Shown: piece by piece, positions 57,576-64,000 of the stretch
Position numbering within the stretch: position 1 is the stretch's first letter
How the letters are laid out: each line of letters begins with the position of its first letter
NCBI GenBank assembly: GCA_963798955.1
Contig: CAWCVO010000002.1
Coordinates: 615,637-679,636 of the forward strand
Source: an uncultured Chloroflexia bacterium
GTDB taxonomy: Bacteria; Chloroflexota; Limnocylindria; Limnocylindrales; CSP1-4
Direction: 5' to 3'
DNA: 64,000 nucleotides
Notes under the pieces: generated by a model
The model's database searches: none
Told to the model about the DNA's origin: nothing
Seen by the model: the letters and a program-made list of their open reading frames with translations, nothing else
Program-made: the position numbers and the translations under genes

Positions 57576-58181
57576 ATGCGAAGCCGTGGCATCGGCGGCA
57601 TGGTGCTGGGCCTCGCGCTCGGCCTCGCCGCGTGTGGTGGTGCTGCGAGCACGGACAGCCAGAAATCATCCGTTGCCTCCGCTGCGGGCGAAGAGCCCTC
57701 GAACGCGCCCCCTCCGGGCGCATCGATCACCGAGAAGCCGGCGACCGGCCCCTCGAGCGGTGGCGACACGGGAGGCCCTAACGCCGCGGTGATCGCGGTC
57801 GGTAGCACGACCTACCACTTCGCGATCGCCGAGGACGCGTGCGGGATCCTGGAGGGCAACCTGTTCGCGGTTGGCGACGCGACCGATGGCAGCGGCGCCT
57901 CATTCGGCTTGAACTTCCCCCGGAGCCTCGCCGACTGGGACTTCCGGACCCGCAACAAGTTCTCAGTCTCGACCGCGAAGGAGTTCTGGTTCGCACAGGG
58001 GTCGACGCCAGATGACCAGGCCACCTGGGAGGGCCCGCGCGTAGACAGCCTGGACGTGGCCGACGGGAAGGCCAGCGGCACGTTCTGGGTCCTCGACGAG
58101 AACGCGTACCCCATCGTGGACCCGGACGTGTTGGACAAGATGGTGTCCGGATCGTTCGACGTGTCCTGCAGCGCCTGGTGA
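57576..58181 (+). CDS. secreted lipoprotein, hypothetical (paralogue A)
   Basis: Lipobox LGLAACGG, a Ser/Pro/Gly linker, and a conserved domain ...WEGPRVDSLDVADGKASGTFWVLDENAYP...DKMVSGSFDVSCSAW. About 50% identical to the gene at 58358. Confidence 0.7.
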   Translation: MRSRGIGGMVLGLALGLAACGGAASTDSQKSSVASAAGEEPSNAPPPGASITEKPATGPSSGGDTGGPNAAVIAVGSTTYHFAIAEDACGILEGNLFAVGDATDGSGASFGLNFPRSLADWDFRTRNKFSVSTAKEFWFAQGSTPDDQATWEGPRVDSLDVADGKASGTFWVLDENAYPIVDPDVLDKMVSGSFDVSCSAW

Positions 58182-58257
58182 CGCGACCCCGCATCATTTG
58201 ACCAACCATCCGCGTTCGCGATGTGCTCGACTCGATCTCGAACTCGGCTCGTCCCTC

Positions 58258-58281
58258 ATGAGTAGCCGACTACTCATGACG
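58258..58281. promoter_or_regulatory. perfect palindrome TCATGAGTAG-ccga-CTACTCATGA (candidate operator) upstream of lipoprotein gene B
   Basis: Same 10-bp arms as the copy at 57466. The following ~60 nt (GTGCGTCAAT.GCC.CGCTCGGG...) are also conserved between the two upstream regions. Confidence 0.6.
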
Positions 58282-58357
58282 AGGCGGCGCGCGGGTGCGT
58301 CAATGGCCGCGCTCGGGAACGGGCAGCTTCATCGGCCACCAGGAAGGAAGAACGCCC

Positions 58358-58951
58358 ATGCGAAGCCGTATAGACATTGGCGTGCTCGCTGCGCTCGCGC
58401 TCGGCCTCGCCGCGTGTGGTGGAGCTACAAGCACGGACAGCCAGGAACCATCCAATGCCTCCCCCGCGGCCGCCTCCCCCGCGGCCGCCTCCCCCGCGAG
58501 TGTCTCCCCCGCCGCATCCAAGGGCGGCGGTGGAGGGGGCAGCAGCTACGGGTCGGCGGTGATCGCGGTCGAGGACACGACCTACGAGTTCTCCATCGCG
58601 CAGTTCGGCTGCGCTATCCAGGAGGGCACCTACGAAGGTGGTGGTGAAGCGACGGACGGCAGCGGTGACCGATTCTCGGTCGCATTCCCCCCGACGCTTG
58701 AGGAGTGGGATGCGCGTGAAGCCTACGCAATCACGATCACGTCCGGAGACCACTTCTGGGCCGCGTACGGGACGACCCTGGAGGACATGCCCACCTGGGA
58801 GGGCCCGCGTGTCGACAGCCTCGACATCGCCGACCAGACGGCCACCGGCACCTTCTGGGCCTTGGACCGGAACGAGTACGTGACCGAGGAACCTTCCGTC
58901 TTCGACAAGATGGTGTCCGGGACTTTCGAGGTCACCTGCTCCAACTGGTGA
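58358..58951 (+). CDS. secreted lipoprotein, hypothetical (paralogue B)
   Basis: Lipobox LGLAACGG, an (AASP)n linker and a Gly run, then ...WEGPRVDSLDIADQTATGTFWALDRNEYV...DKMVSGTFEVTCSNW. Confidence 0.7.
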   Translation: MRSRIDIGVLAALALGLAACGGATSTDSQEPSNASPAAASPAAASPASVSPAASKGGGGGGSSYGSAVIAVEDTTYEFSIAQFGCAIQEGTYEGGGEATDGSGDRFSVAFPPTLEEWDAREAYAITITSGDHFWAAYGTTLEDMPTWEGPRVDSLDIADQTATGTFWALDRNEYVTEEPSVFDKMVSGTFEVTCSNW

Positions 58952-59157
58952 GCCGCCCGATGGCCACCTGACGCGGACGAATCGCGTGCGTCACTCGGTA
59001 CGGTCCCGCGATGGTCCGGAGCCACCTCACTAGTCGAGCGACTCCGGCGTCCATGGCAGAGCCGTCACGCTCGTGATTTCTGGCGAAGCAATCTCCAGAG
59101 CACCCTCAGGGAAAGCTCAACAGGGCTGATTGCCAAGGGTGTAGCCCCACGCTCCGT

Positions 59158-60046
59158 TCAGCGCGTGCGGGCCGTCGCGTCGAGGGCATCGGAGGGTTGA
59201 TCCAGGTCCAGGGCATCGGCGAGGACCTGGTTCATGGGCTTTGAGCCGGGCCACTGGTGGCCGGCGCCGGCGATGGTAATCAACTCGACTGCGCGGTCGT
59301 CGGGGCAGGTCGCGATCGAGGTCGTTACCGGCCCGGCCGTCGTGGCGGTTGCATCGGCGCAGTCATCGACTGCTCGCCACGACGCAATTACGGACGGAAC
59401 CGCCGGCCCGTCGACGTGCCCAACCCCGGATCCCATGCCGTCGGCATACGGCACCCGCGTGTCTGCCAGGCCGTGGATGGCGATCACCGATGCGGGCTGG
59501 GCACCGGCGCAGTCGACGAGCTGGGTGGCCGAGTCGGGACCAACCGCGGCAAAGAGGGTCGTCTCGCAGGCGAGGCGATAAGCCAGGATGCCGCCGTTGC
59601 TGATGCCCGTGGCGTAGATCCGGCTGGCGTCGATCGGCAGGACAGCTTCGAGCTGGCTGACCAGGTCCCTGATGAAGCCAACGTCGTCGATGTCCTGGGC
59701 CTGTGGTGTGCCGCAGCACGTGCCGCCGTTCCAGGCCCGCGACAGTCCGTCCGGATACGCGACCACGAAGCCGTTCGCATCGGCCGCGGAATCCCAGCCG
59801 TATGAGTTCTCGGCATGTTGCCCGCTGCCGAAGCCGCCATGCAGGAACACGACCAGCGGCGCGGTTGAGTGGGCGGGCAGGTTCGCGGGTACGTACAGGC
59901 GGTAGGTTCGCGTGCCGCCGCCGCTGACTATTGATCCGACTGACGAGCCACTCCGCAGACGGCGACTCCGAGAGTGTTCGCCCGCTGCAGGCGATGAGCC
60001 CGAGGCCGAGCAAGACCCCCAGTACGGCGGGAAGTTTTCGCCGCAC
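59158..60046 (-). CDS. LpqC/PHB-depolymerase-family esterase lipoprotein; apparent frameshift near 59950-60000
   Basis: Signal peptide with lipobox MRRKLPAVLGVLLGLGLIACSG in one frame (GTG start near 60046). Esterase domain TRTYRLYVPANL...LVVFLHGGFGSGQH...YATGISNGG in the adjacent frame. The N-terminal 130 aa of the track ORF (to 60348) are Arg-rich junk. Confidence 0.7.
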
Positions 60047-60053
60047 GGTGCCG

Positions 60054-60935
60054 TCAGACGGCTTGGTTGCTCACGAACGCCTCGACTGCCGCGGCCGTAG
60101 TGTCCGGCTGTTCCAGCTGCGGGAGGTCGCCCGACTCGTTGATCGTGATGGTTTGCAGGTGGTCGTTGGCAGCCACGAGCGCCTCGGCAGCTTCCGGGTC
60201 GGTGAAGCGCGGATGATCGCCGAAGACGAGCAGTGTCGGGTTCACGAGCCGGCCATAGGCTCCTTCTGCCCCAAGATCGTTGAGTACGCCGGCAACGAAC
60301 GCCAGCGGAGCGCGATAGGCGCCGGGCTGCTGGCAGGTCCGCCAGCAATACTGCTCGTACTCGCGCCTGACGCGCCCAGGATCCGTGAAGATCTGGCGGA
60401 GATACCAGCGAATTACTCGACGCCGGGCGAGGATCGCGAACACCAGCCGGCCGATCCCGGTCACCCTTAGAAACCGGTAGAGGTTCGCGGATGCGCGACC
60501 CGCTTTGCCCTTGAAGCGGCCGAACCCGGTGGGGCTGATGAGCACGATTCGGCCGAACCGTTCCGGGTGGTCCGCCGCCGAAACGACCACGTACTGCCCG
60601 GGCAGGGACAGCGCGACAACGTCGACGGCTGTCTCCCCCGGCTGCAGCGCGGCGATCCGGATGCGCTCGAGCTGATCGCCGTAGAACTCGGGGCGATAGG
60701 GCGCGTCAGGGCGCTCAGAGGTGCCGAATCCGAGCCAGTCGACCAACATCACCCTGCGCTTCTCCGCCAGCCGCATCGCCAGTGGTGCGAGTTCCACGCC
60801 CGACCCCGCGGCATTGAAGCTGTGCAGGAGAAGAACAGTCCGCCCTTCGCCGAGCTGGTAACCGGCGACACGACCGGCATCGGTCTCGACGCTGATCCGG
60901 ACGCCGGTAACTGGCGGAGGAAGGGGAATCGTCAT
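60054..60935 (-). CDS. alpha/beta-fold hydrolase
   Basis: VLLLHSFNAAGSG...VVALSLPGQY (nucleophile elbow-like) ...FGDHPRF. Confidence 0.7.
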   Translation of the reverse strand: MTIPLPPPVTGVRISVETDAGRVAGYQLGEGRTVLLLHSFNAAGSGVELAPLAMRLAEKRRVMLVDWLGFGTSERPDAPYRPEFYGDQLERIRIAALQPGETAVDVVALSLPGQYVVVSAADHPERFGRIVLISPTGFGRFKGKAGRASANLYRFLRVTGIGRLVFAILARRRVIRWYLRQIFTDPGRVRREYEQYCWRTCQQPGAYRAPLAFVAGVLNDLGAEGAYGRLVNPTLLVFGDHPRFTDPEAAEALVAANDHLQTITINESGDLPQLEQPDTTAAAVEAFVSNQAV

Positions 60936-61005
60936 GTGGACGATTATCGGCCGCGCTGTTCCCGGGCCACTCGGGCCCGGCATGACGGAACTTGATACGG
61001 AGCCG

Positions 61006-61812
61006 CTAGCCGGCTATTTCTGCGCGCTCCGTAAACATCGCCGCCACCAGAAGGGCGCCGACCAGCCATGCGATCACCAGCACGAAGGCGGTGTTGGCAT
61101 CGAGTGGAGGACTCGAAGCGGCGCCGCCGAAGCCACCCGGTGAATTGCCCGTGGCCACGGACGCCGTCACCACACTAAACGGCAGGTACTTCACGATGTC
61201 GGGCACGAAAATCCCCGCGAAGGTTTCGCCGAAGTAGAGCGCGATTCCCGCGCCGATGCCCGCGAGCTGGCTTCCTGCGAGCGTCGCGATGGTGAATCCG
61301 ATTGCGCCTTCCTCGGCGATCCCGATCCAGCCCCGCACGAATTGCTCGGGCAGCCGACCCAGAGTGGCCGAGTCCGTCAAGCCGGACGTCGAGACTCCGG
61401 CGACAGTCGCTCCAAATAGAGCCGCGATGACCCCGAGGACGAACGTCACGACGAGCCCGACGGCGATCGCGACGGCCACCGAGGCGAACGTCAGCAGCAC
61501 GTAGCGGCTGCGACTCTGGCCGCGGGCGACGGCGTTCTTGAGTGTGCCCCACTGCCACTCTGATCCGGCGATGGCCGCGCCGTAGATGACTGCAAACAGG
61601 CCACCAAGACCAAGGATGAACGTGAGCATCGCGTCGTAGGCAGCCGGAAAAGTGACCAGCGACAAGCGCTCGGCCGCCGATCCACCGGCGCGGCTGACCG
61701 TTGTACTAACGGCAATCACGATCAGGACGAGCAGGCCGGCGAGGAGGCCCAGGGTCACCCATGTGGCGGGGCGTCGAACGAGCTTGCGCAGCCCGGAAAG
61801 GAAAAGGGTCAT
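61006..61812 (-). CDS. ABC-2 type transporter permease
   Basis: Six TM helices; ABC-2 family topology; 4-nt overlap with the upstream ATPase gene. Confidence 0.7.
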   Translation of the reverse strand: MTLFLSGLRKLVRRPATWVTLGLLAGLLVLIVIAVSTTVSRAGGSAAERLSLVTFPAAYDAMLTFILGLGGLFAVIYGAAIAGSEWQWGTLKNAVARGQSRSRYVLLTFASVAVAIAVGLVVTFVLGVIAALFGATVAGVSTSGLTDSATLGRLPEQFVRGWIGIAEEGAIGFTIATLAGSQLAGIGAGIALYFGETFAGIFVPDIVKYLPFSVVTASVATGNSPGGFGGAASSPPLDANTAFVLVIAWLVGALLVAAMFTERAEIAG

Positions 61813-62837
61813 GCGGCGGCTCCAGTTCCCGCCGTGCCCGAGCCCGTTGTGGCGCTGCCGGGCGGCGAACCCGCCAGGCCAAAGAACGTTCCCTCGCCGC
61901 CGGCGACTGGCTCGCCACCGGTCAAGGACAGGAAGAGCAGCTCGAGGTCATTGCCCGTCTCCAGGCCGGTGGCCCAGATCCCGGCCATGCCCAGGAGCCT
62001 GTTCACGTCGCCCGCCTGGTCCGGCTTGACGCGCACCGAGAGCCAACCCGGTTCGGCCACGGACGACGAAACTCCGTCGGGACCGGCGAGTGGCGCCAGA
62101 GCGGTTGTTGCGGCGTCCACAGCATCGGGTGACACGCGGACGCGGACCACGCCCTCCGCGTTGAGGAGTTGCTCGATGGGTCCCTCACGGACAAGGCGGC
62201 CCGCCGCGATGATGCCGATTACGTCGGCCATCTGCTGCATTTCGGCCAGCAGATGGCTGGACACGAAAACGGTCTTGCCGAGCGATGCCAGGTGGCGGAG
62301 CGTCTCGCGCATGGCGACGATGCCGGCCGGATCGAGGCCGTTGGCAGGTTCATCGAGCAGCAGCAGCGCAGGATCGTTGAGCAGCGCCGCGGCGATTCCC
62401 AGGCGTTGTTTCATGCCCAGCGAGTAGGTCGACACTTTATCTGTGGCGCGGTCCTTGAGCCCGGTGAGCTCGAGCAGCTCCTCGATACGGCCCGGGAGGA
62501 CGGGCGCACCGTTGGCTGCCAGCTCGCGCAGGTTCTGCCGACCAGACAGGAACGGATAGAACGATGGTGACTCGATCAACGCGCCAACGTCGTACAGACG
62601 ATGGCGGTCACCGCGACCGAACGGGCGGCCAAGTAGCTCGATCGATCCCGCGTCCGGATGAATGAGTCCGGTGAGGAGGCGCATGGTGGTCGTCTTGCCG
62701 GCCCCATTGGGACCCAGGAACCCGTAAACCGTTCCCGTCGGCACCGAGAGATCGAGCCCAGCCAGTGCGACGTGGGAGCCGTAGCTTTTGCGCAGGCCGC
62801 GTGTGGCCAGGGCGAGGTCGTGGCCGTGGGGGTCCAT
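61809..62837 (-). CDS. ABC transporter ATP-binding protein (ABC-2/DrrA-like) with C-terminal extension
   Basis: GFLGPNGAGKTTTMRLLTG, YSLGMKQRLGIAAALL, LLLDEPANGLD and the H-loop SSHLL. Confidence 0.88.
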   Translation of the reverse strand: MDPHGHDLALATRGLRKSYGSHVALAGLDLSVPTGTVYGFLGPNGAGKTTTMRLLTGLIHPDAGSIELLGRPFGRGDRHRLYDVGALIESPSFYPFLSGRQNLRELAANGAPVLPGRIEELLELTGLKDRATDKVSTYSLGMKQRLGIAAALLNDPALLLLDEPANGLDPAGIVAMRETLRHLASLGKTVFVSSHLLAEMQQMADVIGIIAAGRLVREGPIEQLLNAEGVVRVRVSPDAVDAATTALAPLAGPDGVSSSVAEPGWLSVRVKPDQAGDVNRLLGMAGIWATGLETGNDLELLFLSLTGGEPVAGGEGTFFGLAGSPPGSATTGSGTAGTGAAA

Positions 62838-62965
62838 CTCCCGCAACTATGACAGGATCGTGCGTCCTGACTCAGGCCCTCTGCCGTAGTCGATACGCGG
62901 AGCGCTCTCGCGGACGGTGTCCAGCTCCGGGCAGGCAGGGTGATCGTCTCCGCCGAGTCGCGCTC

Positions 62966-63250
62966 CTAGTAGCGGCCGCCCCAGACGATGTCAGCGACGC
63001 TTGCATTGCGAATGAACGCGGCGACATCCTCTTCCGTCCACCGCGCGGGCTTGTGCGCCGCGCGAATCTGTGCGTCACACAGTCCGCACAAGAAGGCATC
63101 CGGGCGACCGTGGCGAGGGATCTTCAGGTGGTCGGAGAAGAAGACGCTGCCGACCGCTGTCTCCTCGCCGCAGCGGGCACACGGCTCCTGGGCCGAGGCA
63201 GCCGGCGCGCCATGACGCCTGCCTGCAAGCGAGTGCAATTGCTCGACCAT
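62966..63250 (-). CDS. small Cys4 zinc-finger-like protein, hypothetical
   Basis: MVEQLHSLAGRRHGAPAASAQEPCARCGEETAVGSVFFSDHLKIPRHGRPDAFLCGLCDAQI...; two CxxC pairs. Confidence 0.35.
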   Translation of the reverse strand: MVEQLHSLAGRRHGAPAASAQEPCARCGEETAVGSVFFSDHLKIPRHGRPDAFLCGLCDAQIRAAHKPARWTEEDVAAFIRNASVADIVWGGRY

Positions 63251-63385
63251 TTGTGAACTCCCACCTCGGTGACCTGTGATCGAGCCTGCGCGGGCCACAT
63301 CGCGGAGTCAAGTGCCGGATGGCGTGACCAACTCCCCGCCGCGCGCGTTTGCCACACGAACTTGGACTCGCGACACCCGGCGTGA

Positions 63386-63460
63386 GTGGAGCCGACACTC
63401 GGATTTGAACCGAGGACCTGCTGTTTACGAAACAGCTGCTCTACCGCTGAGCTATGTCGG
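63386..63460 (-). tRNA. tRNA-Thr (anticodon CGT), CCA encoded
   Basis: Minus strand: GCCGACATAGCTCAGCGGTAGAGCAGCTGTTTCGTAAACAGCAGGTCCTCGGTTCAAATCCGAGTGTCGGCTCCA, a cloverleaf with anticodon loop TTCGTAA. Confidence 0.9.
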
Positions 63461-63599
63461 CTCGGCAGGGAATGGTAGCGCAGGGCCTGCCGCTGACTCG
63501 CGCGCCGCCACCTCGTGGCCATCGGGGGCCGGCAGTTGACCTTGGCGGGGCCTGTCGATCACAATGCGGCGCAAGGATTCATATTCACGGTAGGCAGAT

Positions 63600-63896
63600 A
63601 TGACAAACGTCGTGGGTGAACGCTTCCAGATCACGATCGACAAGAAGGTCAGAGAGAAGCTTGGCGTCTTGCCCGGCGATCAAGCGGTCGAGCGAGTGGA
63701 GGACGGCAGGCTGGTTGTCTACTTCATGCCCCGCCCGCACAACGAGTCTCTGCTCGGCATCTTGAAGAAGCCCGGCATGAAGCCGATCACCGATTGGCAG
63801 GCTCTCCGCGACGCGGCTTGGGAGGCGCGTTCGGCAGAGATCATGGACGCGCTGCGGAAGGATAGCGCCCGCCACCGGACGGGCTCTGAGAAGTGA
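63600..63896 (+). CDS. AbrB/MazE/SpoVT-family antitoxin (VapB-like)
   Basis: MTNVVGERFQITIDKKVREKLGVLPGDQAVERVEDGRLVV..., the swapped-hairpin AbrB-type DNA-binding fold typical of type II antitoxins. Confidence 0.7.
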   Translation: MTNVVGERFQITIDKKVREKLGVLPGDQAVERVEDGRLVVYFMPRPHNESLLGILKKPGMKPITDWQALRDAAWEARSAEIMDALRKDSARHRTGSEK

Positions 63897-64000
63897 CTGA
63901 GAGGGTCTTCCTCGATACGAGTGTCCTTATCCGGTACCTTTCCGAGGACGATCCGGCGCGGGCCTGGGCGGCGGCGGAGTTGATCGACGGCGAACGAACA
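63893..64000 (+). CDS. PIN-domain toxin (VapC-like), 5' part only
   Basis: VTERVFLDTSVLIRYLSEDDPARAWAAAELIDGERT..., the PIN N-terminal D-T-S/N motif. GTG start overlaps the antitoxin stop; truncated by the window end. Confidence 0.65.
   Translation, partial: MTERVFLDTSVLIRYLSEDDPARAWAAAELIDGERT

Noticed and set aside
59158-60348. N-terminal 130 codons of the 396-aa esterase ORF as real coding sequence
   Set aside because: The Arg-rich translation has no signal peptide, whereas a perfect lipoprotein signal peptide is encoded in the adjacent frame (GTG near 60046). The long ORF is a frame artefact upstream of a probable frameshift.

Overview
This is a high-GC (about 68-70%) bacterial chromosomal segment. 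Cheo-type LexA boxes, a PknB/PASTA kinase, an MprAB-PepD-like module and MIRU-like tandem repeats point to a high-GC Gram-positive-type lineage (Actinomycetota- or Chloroflexota-like); the species cannot be named from sequence alone. About 80 genes are packed densely on both strands.

Main content, in order:
- SOS/replication: partial dnaB, lexA with an autoregulatory box, dinB, and a small ORF behind a double LexA box.
- Folate C1: formimino-THF cyclodeaminase-folD-fhs, and separately folC-folP-folB.
- Histidine utilisation by the formimino-THF route: hutH, hutU, hutI and a stand-alone glutamate formimidoyltransferase, with no hutG in the window. Embedded extras are a histidine-phosphatase-family protein, a GNAT with NPF repeats, a WYL regulator, an S51 peptidase and a MerR-cyclase fusion.
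- A NitT/TauT-type ABC importer with a long structured leader.
- tdh-kbl, argS, tRNA-Glu and tRNA-Thr.
- Two vapBC pairs, one partial at the window end.
- A tRNA-Glu-associated islet, then an accessory stretch of lipoproteins, a phosphotransferase and membrane proteins.
- An RR-HK-HtrA envelope-stress module and rplY.
- Duplicated lipoprotein genes with identical palindromic operators.

Four or five genes (pknB-like, an Ig-like protein, the HK, an LpqC-like esterase, perhaps the DUF4097 gene) carry apparent +/-1 frameshifts, mostly between 46 kb and 60 kb. Many long Arg/Ala-rich antisense ORFs in the provided track are artefacts of high GC.
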